Source of the DNA: a virus
Virus record (IMG/VR): IMGVR_UViG_3300026488_000022
Location: 1-64,000 of that record
DNA length: 64,000 nucleotides
Reading direction: 5' to 3' (one strand)
Under the pieces are notes generated by a model, which searched no databases, was not told the origin of the DNA, and saw only the letters and a list, made by a program, of their open reading frames with translations. A program made the translations under genes and the position numbers. Positions within the stretch are counted from its first letter, which is position 1, and each line of letters begins with the position of its first letter. Shown here in pieces: positions 29,581 to 38,501 of the stretch.

Positions 29581-30893
29581 AAATAGAATGCCTCACCTAA
29601 AACTGGATGTTCATATGCCTCAAACTCAAGTTTATTTGCAAGAACACCATCATCATCTTCTACACTTACACTTGTGTATTTGATATATGGTAACCAAATT
29701 GCAAATTTATGTTTTTGTGTTTCATCGTCAGTTTCAGTTTTCATTTCAAGGAAAAACTCTGCTGTTTGATTATTTTTGAATTTGTTAAGCTCATCCCAAT
29801 TTTCAAAAGTAACAGTCATACTACCTTTAACTGTTTTTTTAGTGATAATTTTCCTCATAATACCAGAACTTGTAATAGCCTCTCTATCAGAAACTTGATT
29901 TTCGATTGTTATTTCAACATCTTTACCTTCATAAGTTTTACCATCAACTGTAAGAACTGCATTTTTACCAACATATGGTATTGTTGTTAAATATTGATTT
30001 GAAAGCAAAGGTTCATTTTCTGCTGTTTCAAAAGAACTTGCTCCTAAATCAATTGACAATGTTGCAATATCTGCAACAGGAAAACTAAATTTAACTGAAT
30101 TTGGAACTGCACCTTTTAGTGTTAAACTTCTACTATCAGTCTCATCACACCCATACATCAATTTAACAGCTAAAGATTGTTCCTGACCACAAGGCTTAGC
30201 GAGTTTATATAAAACAGCATCCCCTGTTTCGCCTTCTTGAACTTCGTAGATTTGATAAGCAACATTACTAACAACATCAATTGTGAATTTATCTCCTACT
30301 GCAAAGTCAGTAGAGCCACTAACAATTTTAAATTTAATAATACCGTTGTCATAATCAACACCTGTTGTTGCCTCAGCTTGTGTGCCACTTTCAGTTCCTT
30401 CAACACTCCAAACCTCAGCACCTGCTGTATCTGCATTTATACACTCAATAGTCCAAGTTTCAGTTTTAATAGTGTCTTCATAATACCCAAAATTAGTTAA
30501 GTTACCGTCCCCTGTGTTTCCACTATCAGCTGTGATAGTACTTTCAACTTGAGGGGCTTTGTTTGCTCTAATTACAGCCCCTGTACCAGACCCTGCCTCT
30601 TCTCTAATACCTAATGCTACTTCTAAAACTACATTACCTGCTAAATCATTACTTCCATCTCCTAATGGAATTAGCTCAAATGCTAATGTCCCACTACCAA
30701 ATTCTTTACCCGGTAATGCAGGAGCAGTAATATAAGAGTTTCTTACAACTTTTCTTTCAATAACGTCAATTTCTGGTTTTAATGCACTATCAGATGTAAC
30801 TTCAACAACATCACTGTCTGTAAATGTACCACCTTTATTAAATTCTGCTTCTTTAATAACCGCATAAAGAGTAGATAAAGTTTTATATGCCAT
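29568..30893 (-). CDS. Major tail tube protein with inserted beta-domain
   Basis: Tube-like N- and C-terminal halves (GSGTLAFEL, ITIEN, VKGSMTVTF), own late promoter and terminator, upstream of chaperones. Confidence 0.8.
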   Translation of the reverse strand: MAYKTLSTLYAVIKEAEFNKGGTFTDSDVVEVTSDSALKPEIDVIERKVVRNSYITAPALPGKEFGSGTLAFELIPLGDGSNDLAGNVVLEVALGIREEAGSGTGAVIRANKAPQVESTITADSGNTGDGNLTNFGYYEDTIKTETWTIECINADTAGAEVWSVEGTESGTQAEATTGVDYDNGIIKFKIVSGSTDFAVGDKFTIDVVSNVAYQIYEVQEGETGDAVLYKLAKPCGQEQSLAVKLMYGCDETDSRSLTLKGAVPNSVKFSFPVADIATLSIDLGASSFETAENEPLLSNQYLTTIPYVGKNAVLTVDGKTYEGKDVEITIENQVSDREAITSSGIMRKIITKKTVKGSMTVTFENWDELNKFKNNQTAEFFLEMKTETDDETQKHKFAIWLPYIKYTSVSVEDDDGVLANKLEFEAYEHPVLGEAFYLAHK

Positions 30894-30924
30894 TTTACCT
30901 TCCTTTTATTTATTCTACAAAAAT

Positions 30925-30932
30925 TATATCGG
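30925..30932 (-). promoter_or_regulatory. Putative late promoter CCGATATA
   Basis: 32 bp upstream of the major tail start. Confidence 0.7.
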
Positions 30933-30939
30933 ATAGGTA

Positions 30940-31917
30940 TTATTCACCTTCGATAATACCTTCACCTGCTAATTTTATCGGACTTTTCACCACAGGATTT
31001 AACACCCTGTATTTTACATTCAATTTATCAAAACCTTCTTCTGTTATTATTTTAGTTTCTATTATTTCAATTTCTGGTAATTCTATACCATAAGAAAATT
31101 GAACATTTTTATTATTAATTTCAAAAAATGACACTTCTTTACTTAGATAATCAATTTCAGCTAAATTTAAAGTTCTGTTAAAAAATCTTGTCTGGTCAAA
31201 TAAAGCCTTAGTATAAGATTTATTACTCATAGGAGGCAAGAAAGCATAATTTCTTTTTGCACATAAAATATAAGATACTTTTACTCCGTTTTCAAATTCA
31301 ATTGTTAGTTTATTTTGATAAAGCTCTTTTAAACCTACAAAATATAAAAATTCAATATTAAATACTTTTTCGGTATTAGGATTTATTACATCTCCTATAT
31401 TAATACCTTTAATTTGAATACCATAAACATTTAACAAATTAATACTTTTAACTTTTAAATCTTCCTTATAACCATTAACAAACTTAACTTCAACAACTTT
31501 ACTAATATCATCAGTTAAATCCACTTCAACCCAAAAATTGCCTTTAAAAACACCTTTACTCCAGATTAAATTTTCTTTTAAAGTATCCTTAATAAGATAA
31601 AAATTGTCTTTTATTTCTGTCTGAATAATTTTGTTTTCTAATTTATAACCATAAACTGTTAATTTTTTAAGTTTTTGTTGAGGTTTAACAAAATAAGTAG
31701 AATATAAAACACTATAATAATTACAATTTTTTAAATTAATTTTATAATTGCAACTTTTAACAGAAGTTACATTTCCTTCTAAGGCTTTTAATAACTTATA
31801 AGAAACACTTTCATTAATACTTTCGTTTTCTAAATTATAAACTCTTAATTTTGCATTAACAAAATTTTTATCACCTATATTTGTGTTTTCATTTATATAC
31901 TTATTTATAGTAGCCAT
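30940..31917 (-). CDS. Structural protein; paralog of 13053-14300
   Basis: MATINKYINE...KLRVYNLENESINESVSYKLLK vs MGTIIKYVTE...KLRIYDSENIQIQESVSYQIVK. Confidence 0.55.
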   Translation of the reverse strand: MATINKYINENTNIGDKNFVNAKLRVYNLENESINESVSYKLLKALEGNVTSVKSCNYKINLKNCNYYSVLYSTYFVKPQQKLKKLTVYGYKLENKIIQTEIKDNFYLIKDTLKENLIWSKGVFKGNFWVEVDLTDDISKVVEVKFVNGYKEDLKVKSINLLNVYGIQIKGINIGDVINPNTEKVFNIEFLYFVGLKELYQNKLTIEFENGVKVSYILCAKRNYAFLPPMSNKSYTKALFDQTRFFNRTLNLAEIDYLSKEVSFFEINNKNVQFSYGIELPEIEIIETKIITEEGFDKLNVKYRVLNPVVKSPIKLAGEGIIEGE

Positions 31918-33638
31918 TACAATTTCCTTGCTAAATTACCTATTTTAAATATCTTATCAGTTAAATCAATATCAGGTAGATATCCCCACAAAACTTTTTC
32001 ACTATTAACATAAACTTCTACATATTTTTCTTCTTTATAAAAGATAAGTGTATAAAAAAGCCACTCTTGTAAATTATATTTTTTATCACTTATAGTTTGC
32101 CCATCTAAATAAATATAATTTCCATTTTTAACAATATAAACATAGATTTTTCCGTTTGGGTGCATTCCTAAGCCAAGTCCGTTTTGCTCTTCATAATTAC
32201 TTAAAATTAAACGTTCATAACCATTCAAATAAAACCAGCCACTAACGGAAAAATCGCTATTAGGAATAGGAACATTTGTTTTTACCCCCGAATAACCTTC
32301 TAAAACCACTGCTTTATGTAGATAACCTTTTTCATAATAACCGGGATATTCCTCATTAATCCATTCCCCTAAATAAACTTCTTCTTCATCGTTTAAATTT
32401 TCTTCAAACCTAAACAATCCTACACAACTACCATCACCAAAAATATCTTTTATTTTTTCAGTTCCTTCTTGTTTATAATGCCCTACTAAAACTTCTGAAC
32501 TTATACTATAATATAAAGAGGCTTTAAAATCATTACTTAAAGCTTCTTTAATTAAATCAAAACATTTAATATCAGTTACAAATTCACCGTATCCGATTTT
32601 ATCAACTACTTCAAAATCTTTTATTCCGTTTTTACTATTTATAGTATTAATCTCTTTTAATTTATTTTCTAAAACAAATTGAAACCTCTCAACATTATAA
32701 TTTTCACCAGAAATATTAAAACAACCATATTGTTGATAAATTTCAGTCAAAAATACCTCTCTAAAAGGCTCTCTTAAAAATTCATTCTTATGAAATATAT
32801 ATTCAGGAGATTTTAATTCAAATATGAGTTCAGGAGTATTATTAACATCAAACAACATAGTAAATTTAGAAACAACAGCTTTTTTTAATTCAATCGCACA
32901 AGTGTCGTCTCCACAATAATATCCCATTAATAAATCAACCTTCGGTAACTCACTACATTTCATTGAAGGTTTATATAAAAAAGCACTTCCTAATTCTCCT
33001 GCTTGTACTTCATAAATCTGACAAGCTACATTTGAAGTTATATTTATTGTAAAATAATCACCAACATTGTATTCAAATTCGTCTGAAATTAAAACTTTAA
33101 TAATTTCATTAAAATAATCTTTTCCTGTTATGGCATTGTGTTTCCAACCACTTTCACTACCATAAACAGACCACTTTTTATCTCCTAAATATTCAAATGT
33201 CCAAACTTCAGTTTTTACATTAAAAGCAACATAATCTAATAATTGAACTTTTTTATTAATGCTTTCTATTGTATCACTCTCTATTTCATATTCAATTCTC
33301 GGATATTTATTAGCATTTAAAATCCCTCCACTACTAATACCGGGTATCTGCCTTTCTCCAAAGACACTATAAAAAAGCTCATTATTCACATTATCAAAAA
33401 CTTTATTATAAACAAAAGGTAAAAGAGATGTTTTAACGATAGCTGACCCGTTGCTTTTTCCTAAAACTTTCTTTTTATCAAAAAAATAAGTTTTACTTTT
33501 ATTTCTGTCAATTTTAGTAAAATCAATATTTACTAAACTTCCGCTTTTAAATTCAATCAAGTCATTAGCAACAAAAAAATCATTACGTTCATTATCACTT
33601 CTTTTAACTGCTATTATTTTAACTGACTCTTTTTTCAA
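31917..33638 (-). CDS. Second tail-tube paralog fused to a C-terminal LamG-like domain
   Basis: Colinear similarity to 29568-30893 (e.g. SNVACQIYEVQAGELG vs SNVAYQIYEVQEGETG), plus DIFGDG...FSVSGWF LamG-like tail. Confidence 0.7.
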   Translation of the reverse strand: MKKESVKIIAVKRSDNERNDFFVANDLIEFKSGSLVNIDFTKIDRNKSKTYFFDKKKVLGKSNGSAIVKTSLLPFVYNKVFDNVNNELFYSVFGERQIPGISSGGILNANKYPRIEYEIESDTIESINKKVQLLDYVAFNVKTEVWTFEYLGDKKWSVYGSESGWKHNAITGKDYFNEIIKVLISDEFEYNVGDYFTINITSNVACQIYEVQAGELGSAFLYKPSMKCSELPKVDLLMGYYCGDDTCAIELKKAVVSKFTMLFDVNNTPELIFELKSPEYIFHKNEFLREPFREVFLTEIYQQYGCFNISGENYNVERFQFVLENKLKEINTINSKNGIKDFEVVDKIGYGEFVTDIKCFDLIKEALSNDFKASLYYSISSEVLVGHYKQEGTEKIKDIFGDGSCVGLFRFEENLNDEEEVYLGEWINEEYPGYYEKGYLHKAVVLEGYSGVKTNVPIPNSDFSVSGWFYLNGYERLILSNYEEQNGLGLGMHPNGKIYVYIVKNGNYIYLDGQTISDKKYNLQEWLFYTLIFYKEEKYVEVYVNSEKVLWGYLPDIDLTDKIFKIGNLARKL

Positions 33639-33639
33639 A

Positions 33640-34047
33640 TCAAATCCTTTTAATATACCTAACTTCTATATCTATCTTTGCAATAGCATAAGGATGAACT
33701 ATCCCACCTTCTCTTTTCATACTACTCACTGTCATATCAACAACACCCATAGGTTGCCATCTAATATCCTCTACAACCTCATAAACAACATCAATTAAAT
33801 CACTTAATATATCCTCATATTTATTTCTATGTTGTTTATTAAACACATAAACACTAATGTTACCAATATAATAAGCTTTTCTATTTGTTAAATTGTCTCT
33901 TTCTTTTTCCTCACTTTCATAAATCACACTAACAGCCGGAAATCTGTCTATTTGAGACCATAAAGGAACTATATTTTTATAAAACTTAACAAACAAATTC
34001 TTATCTTTTAAGCCTTGGACTATTTTCTCTACAATTTCTTTTCTCAT
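33640..34047 (-). CDS. Tail terminator protein
   Basis: R.EI...I...L start, FPAVSVIYESE, position in the neck module. Confidence 0.65.
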   Translation of the reverse strand: MRKEIVEKIVQGLKDKNLFVKFYKNIVPLWSQIDRFPAVSVIYESEEKERDNLTNRKAYYIGNISVYVFNKQHRNKYEDILSDLIDVVYEVVEDIRWQPMGVVDMTVSSMKREGGIVHPYAIAKIDIEVRYIKRI

Positions 34048-34126
34048 AATGAAAACCCTTTTAAAAATTCAATACATAACATCAATAAAATTACAAAATA
34101 AAATAAATTAGTACTTTTTTTAATTA

Positions 34127-34612
34127 TCATATCAGCTCCTTAGACTCTTTTAAAATCAATTCAAATAAATCTCCTACTGAAGTGATATTACCTCTACCTT
34201 TATCAAACAAAACATCATACATCCAATCTTTCCAATAAGGCACTTTTCCATCTTTTCTTTGGGGTTTTGCCATATCAGTAAATTTAGCATAAGGCACTCC
34301 TATTTCTGCCCAACTATGAATTATAAAACTTTCTCCTTTTTTATAACTCTCAACCTTTGTTTTAATACTATTAACTTGATTTCCACTAATTTTATAAGTA
34401 AATCTTCTTTTTAACGGTCTTCTTTTATGGAGGTATTCAACAGGAATAGGAGTACCTAATGCTCTTTTAAGTGCTTTTTTCCAAGCTTTTAAATCTAAAT
34501 CAAGATTTTTTGCTAAAAGTTCTAATTTATGAAAAGATAAATCGGGTAATTCTTTTTTAAGCCCTACCCAAGCCTCCCCGACTGATTTTTTTATCCTCAC
34601 ATTAGCTATCAT
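34127..34612 (-). CDS. Neck / tail completion protein (HK97 gp10-like)
   Basis: SGNQVNSIK, VPYAKFTD; basic; position. Confidence 0.55.
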   Translation of the reverse strand: MIANVRIKKSVGEAWVGLKKELPDLSFHKLELLAKNLDLDLKAWKKALKRALGTPIPVEYLHKRRPLKRRFTYKISGNQVNSIKTKVESYKKGESFIIHSWAEIGVPYAKFTDMAKPQRKDGKVPYWKDWMYDVLFDKGRGNITSVGDLFELILKESKELI

Positions 34613-35166
34613 AATCTAAATACCCTAAAAGAATTTAACATTTTATCTACAACAGCAGGAACTTCATCATTAACTTTCATACTTTCTCTAATGCCTGTGG
34701 ATAAAGAAGCTATGTTATCTGTATCTTTTGTTACGTCATTATAAAGTTTTTTTCCTAATAACAATAAACCTGATACCAACCCCTCAGGTATTAAATCAAT
34801 ATCATTATAACCTACCTTATATTCAATTCGCATAATCTGATAGTTCTCTATTGAAAATAAAACAGGCAGATAAATTCTATTTAATTCTCCTATTTCAAAA
34901 CTTAATAACACATCATTTTCAAGCTCCTCGCCATCAATCGTTATTTTTATAATTTCACTTATTAGACCTTTTTTTGTATAAATAGAGTTACCATAAATTT
35001 TATTAATGCGCTCAACTAAATCTCTTTCAAAAATTCCCACATTATAATAGTCATAAATATAACTCTCACTTATAATTAATATTTCTTTTAACAATTCATC
35101 TATTTCATCATCTTGAATATCTAAAACTTTTTTAAACTCTATTAACAAATCATCTATAAGAGCCAT
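34609..35166 (-). CDS. Head-tail adaptor (head completion) protein
   Basis: K..L.I.D...D..L, IEYKVGY...IPEGL, ends LNSFRVFRL. Confidence 0.75.
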   Translation of the reverse strand: MALIDDLLIEFKKVLDIQDDEIDELLKEILIISESYIYDYYNVGIFERDLVERINKIYGNSIYTKKGLISEIIKITIDGEELENDVLLSFEIGELNRIYLPVLFSIENYQIMRIEYKVGYNDIDLIPEGLVSGLLLLGKKLYNDVTKDTDNIASLSTGIRESMKVNDEVPAVVDKMLNSFRVFRL

Positions 35167-35206
35167 AACTTATCCTTTTATAAAACTTACAATTTTAGAC
35201 CAAAAA

Positions 35207-35485
35207 TCAACTATTTTCTTTTTTAGACTTTGCTTTTCTTTTCCTCGTTTGACTTTTGGTATGTAATTCGCTTGTGGTTTCCCTCTCTTTACGAAGTAAC
35301 TCCTTTTTAGAATTTTTAGTCGTATCTTTAATCTTTTCTATTAAAACAAATTCTTTTGGAAAAGTAGAAAGCAGATATTTACCAAGCTCTTCATCTACAA
35401 CATACAAACCATCATATCTATTAGGACTAAATAAAATCCCTCTAACCATAATACCTTTACCGATAACTTTAATTTTATATTTCAT
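35207..35485 (-). CDS. Small protein of the head-completion region
   Basis: 92 aa with basic tail; type usually found directly after major capsid genes. Confidence 0.5.
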   Translation of the reverse strand: MKYKIKVIGKGIMVRGILFSPNRYDGLYVVDEELGKYLLSTFPKEFVLIEKIKDTTKNSKKELLRKERETTSELHTKSQTRKRKAKSKKENS

Positions 35486-35516
35486 TATAAATCCTTTTAA
35501 TAAATGTATTTACTTA

Positions 35517-35524
35517 TATATCAG
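35517..35524 (-). promoter_or_regulatory. Putative late promoter CTGATATA
   Basis: 32 bp upstream of start 35485. Confidence 0.65.
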
Positions 35525-35714
35525 TATAAAATAAAAGTAAAATTTAATTTAAGAATTCTATTATAATATAATAATAACTTTAAGGGTTTGGACACTTTTG
35601 GACAGTAGCAGAAAGCCCTAAAATTCGGACTTTTAACAACTTGCAAACATTTATAATCAGTAAAAAATGTCATTTCGGCGGTCAAGAGTTTTTTATAATT
35701 TTTGTAAAAAACTC

Positions 35715-35743
35715 TTGACATAAAGTTAAAAGTGTTTTATAAT
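35715..35743 (+). promoter_or_regulatory. Consensus sigma70 early promoter (cassette type)
   Basis: TTGACA-17 bp-TATAAT. Confidence 0.88.
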
Positions 35744-35780
35744 TCTAAGCATAAAACAAAAAACAAAAGGAGAATTGAAA

Positions 35781-35906
35781 ATGAAAAGAGATTTTAATAT
35801 TTTAAAAATATATCAAAGAGAAATAAATTGCAGACCAAAAGTTGTTAAAAACAAAAAGAAATATACAAGGAAAGTAAAGCATAAAAAAGCTTTACTAAAC
35901 TTTTAA
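35781..35906 (+). CDS. 41-aa basic peptide, ArfA-like (alternative ribosome rescue factor resemblance)
   Basis: Not in the track. MKRDFNILKIYQREINCRPKVVKNKKKYTRKVKHKKALLNF, with promoter and AAGGAG RBS; RxxVxKNKK..YxRKxKH pattern. Confidence 0.55.
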   Translation: MKRDFNILKIYQREINCRPKVVKNKKKYTRKVKHKKALLNF

Positions 35907-37229
35907 ATCAGGCTCACCACCAAGTGGGTCTGTGCTTCCTACATTTGTAGGTTTGTTTTGCCCTTCTGAACTATTTTGACTCATTTTTACTAAATCTTGA
36001 AAGAATTGTGCTTCACTTCCTGTTAAAAATGCAGGAACAACATTTTTGTCAGCTCCTTCAAAATCCATTTCTGGTAAATCAACTAAATCTCTTGCCTCAT
36101 TTAATGTAGCAAGTCCTGTTGCAAACAATGTTCTTGCACTATCAGCTTTTACATCAAGTGCAGTATCAAGTTCTGTTATTCTTCCAAAATCAAACTCAAA
36201 ATAATATTTTCCATAACCAAATTGTTTCCCTAAAAAGAGATTAATTTGGTCTTGTATTCTATAAAGATAAGGTCTGACTGCAGTATTAAAAACAACTTTC
36301 ATTAATTCTTGAGGTTTTCCTGCACTTTTATCTTCTCCTCCTAAAACAAGAGAATTTAATTTAAAAACTCTTAAAACTCTTTTTTCACTTATATCAAGGC
36401 TATCTAATAACATTGCGTCTCTTGGACTTGCTTGTACTGTTTTATAATCCATTTTAGCGGGTAAAACAGCAATTCCTCTTCTCTCACTTCCTCCTTTACC
36501 ATATAAAGCATTGAATTGGTCTCTTAATTCATCTATTTGTTGAGGTGTTAGAGCATATTCTGCTTTTAAAATACCAGCTAAAATTACACTACCCTCATAA
36601 AACTCTTTTAAACTATCAATAGCGTCCTTTTCTAAAGTTAAAGTGTCAAGTAAAGGTGCTACACTCGGCAAACCGTAATATGCATTATTTAATGTTGGGT
36701 TAATAATCCAAATAAGTTCGTTTTCTTTATAAGCAATTTGGTCATTATAAATATACCCTTTAATAAATTTAGAGGCGTCAGGTACAACTTGCACTAAATG
36801 TGGTTGGGTTAAAAACCAAGTTTCATAACTTCCTTTAACGTTTTCAAAAGTTAAAGGCGCTACCCCTGAAAGTAATAAACCTTGAATTGCAAGTTCAATT
36901 ATAACTCCCCAGGACCAAAAAGGATTTGGTCTATATTCCCATTCTGCTAATTTTTTATCTTTAACAGGCAGTTTTTTACCCGATTTATCTAACCTATAAA
37001 GTCTTGGGATTGCTTGTCCTCCAGCTTTTGCGATATAATCAACTGCACTAAAAACAAGCTCACTTGTATGAAAAGTGTTTTCCATTCCACTTGTAGCAAG
37101 TTGATTGTTACCTAATTTATAATCCTCAGCTATTTTTTTATTTGCTTTTGTTGCCTTTGTGTCCATATAAACTATTGTTTGTTTTTCTGTTTTTATATCC
37201 TTAGGTTTTAAAAAATCAAATAATCCCAT
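35895..37229 (-). CDS. Portal protein (HK97 family)
   Basis: VFSAVDYIA, RPNPF, YYGLPSVAPL, AGILK, TLNEARDL. Confidence 0.92.
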   Translation of the reverse strand: MGLFDFLKPKDIKTEKQTIVYMDTKATKANKKIAEDYKLGNNQLATSGMENTFHTSELVFSAVDYIAKAGGQAIPRLYRLDKSGKKLPVKDKKLAEWEYRPNPFWSWGVIIELAIQGLLLSGVAPLTFENVKGSYETWFLTQPHLVQVVPDASKFIKGYIYNDQIAYKENELIWIINPTLNNAYYGLPSVAPLLDTLTLEKDAIDSLKEFYEGSVILAGILKAEYALTPQQIDELRDQFNALYGKGGSERRGIAVLPAKMDYKTVQASPRDAMLLDSLDISEKRVLRVFKLNSLVLGGEDKSAGKPQELMKVVFNTAVRPYLYRIQDQINLFLGKQFGYGKYYFEFDFGRITELDTALDVKADSARTLFATGLATLNEARDLVDLPEMDFEGADKNVVPAFLTGSEAQFFQDLVKMSQNSSEGQNKPTNVGSTDPLGGEPDLKV

Positions 37230-37260
37230 TTATATTCCTTTTTGTTATTTTACTATTAAA

Positions 37261-37268
37261 TATATCAG
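37261..37268 (-). promoter_or_regulatory. Putative late promoter CTGATATA
   Basis: 32 bp upstream of the portal start. Confidence 0.65.
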
Positions 37269-37289
37269 TATAAAAAACAAAAGGAGAAA

Positions 37290-37424
37290 AAATGAAAAAG
37301 AAGAAAGAGCGGAAGCTCAATTGAAGCTTGTTTTACAAACCTCAATTGAACGCCCATTTCAGGCGTTCTAAATCAAACACCCATTTCAGGTGTTTTAAAT
37401 TGAACACCCACCCCAGGTGTTCTA
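37290..37424 (-). ncRNA. Candidate late small RNA of three tandem 27-nt hairpins plus a terminal hairpin
   Basis: Units 37344-37370, 37371-37397, 37398-37424 with compensatory stem changes; upstream CCGATATA; U-rich end. Confidence 0.5.
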
Positions 37425-37428
37425 CTAT

Positions 37429-37436
37429 TATATCGG
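37429..37436 (-). promoter_or_regulatory. Putative late promoter CCGATATA not followed by a CDS
   Basis: Sits 5 bp from the hairpin array. Confidence 0.55.
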
Positions 37437-37439
37437 AAA

Positions 37440-38492
37440 TTAAACTAATCTTAATGACACATAATTTCCAACATAAGTTTTTTCACTTAAAGTAGCATCT
37501 GTGGTAAATAAAGGAAAATGTTTAATGCTTAAAGTTTCTTTAAAAAATTCACTAAAATAAACTTTTCCGTCTATTTCCTGTCTTAACCTAAATCTTAATT
37601 GGTTTGTTCTCCCCCATTGTCTTGTAGCTCCAATAAAATCAAAAAGAACTTCATTTTTAGTAAAAGCATATAAAGGATAATAACTGCCCCTTCTGTTTTG
37701 AGAAACACTACCTCTGTTTCCTGAATTATTAAAGTTTGTGTTTTTATCAAATCCCCATACTTCTAATTTTATTCCATCAGGAAAATCTTTCCCTAATTCA
37801 AAACCACCCGCAAACACAACATTAAAAAACCTTTTTTGTATTGTATATGTGTCACCTGAATTAAAACTTTGATAAGTAACATCCCAACTTGTTAAATCAC
37901 TATCATTCATAATTGCACTTTTTAAAAAACCATTCCCGTTAAATGCGTCTATATAAGATGTTTGAGGGATAAGGGCATTTCTTGCTTTAACATAGGAATT
38001 TCCTTCCTTTCTTGCCAATCTTAAATTGTATTGTCCGCCATATTTTAAAGGCTCTTCATAGACTATTTTAACAACCCCAGAAGGCGCACCATCTGGAAAT
38101 TCTAAATGTTCTACATAACCGGCAGGATTAATCACTTGTCCGTGAAAATCCCAATCTTCAAACAATTCGTCATTAATATAAACTTTTACTAAATCTTTTT
38201 TTGGAAAAATAACTTGTCTTAAAAACAAACGATTTTTGCTGGATAAATTATCCGTATGATTATAAAATACCATCACATTCTTTTTGCTGTTTTCAGCTCC
38301 AAAAGGTATTAAATGTTCATTATTTATTGCGTCATTTACGCTTTCATAAGAAATTGTATTATCTCGTACAACATAATATTTTAATTCAGTTCCATTATCC
38401 ACTATAACAAGCTGGTTTAATTGATAATTTTTTAAACTTATATAATCATTGCTTTTTAAAACCGGTAATTTATAATGAGTATAAGTTGCCAT
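37440..38492 (-). CDS. Modular fibre/decoration-like virion protein
   Basis: N-terminus resembles 47185-48747; remainder resembles the C-terminal part of 38502-40367. Confidence 0.5.
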   Translation of the reverse strand: MATYTHYKLPVLKSNDYISLKNYQLNQLVIVDNGTELKYYVVRDNTISYESVNDAINNEHLIPFGAENSKKNVMVFYNHTDNLSSKNRLFLRQVIFPKKDLVKVYINDELFEDWDFHGQVINPAGYVEHLEFPDGAPSGVVKIVYEEPLKYGGQYNLRLARKEGNSYVKARNALIPQTSYIDAFNGNGFLKSAIMNDSDLTSWDVTYQSFNSGDTYTIQKRFFNVVFAGGFELGKDFPDGIKLEVWGFDKNTNFNNSGNRGSVSQNRRGSYYPLYAFTKNEVLFDFIGATRQWGRTNQLRFRLRQEIDGKVYFSEFFKETLSIKHFPLFTTDATLSEKTYVGNYVSLRLV

Positions 38493-38501
38493 TTTTTCTC
38501 C

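Larger units (their letters stand above)
35517..35780. repeat. Dispersed element, copy E, with promoter/RBS extension
   Basis: Near-identical to copies C and F. Confidence 0.97.

Noticed and set aside
35521-35721. 66-aa ORF MSRVFYKNYK..., repeated at 43304-43504, with a 58-aa version in copy C and a 60-aa ORF at 48845-49027
   Set aside because: These are translations of the repeat. The ATG overlaps the reverse complement of the -35 box, there is no RBS, and copies A, D, G, H lack the start and differ by a 1-bp indel between the GGAC motifs.
37344-37424. Tandem hairpins as a mini CRISPR array or tRNA
   Set aside because: Units abut with no spacers and no cloverleaf or T-loop consensus is present
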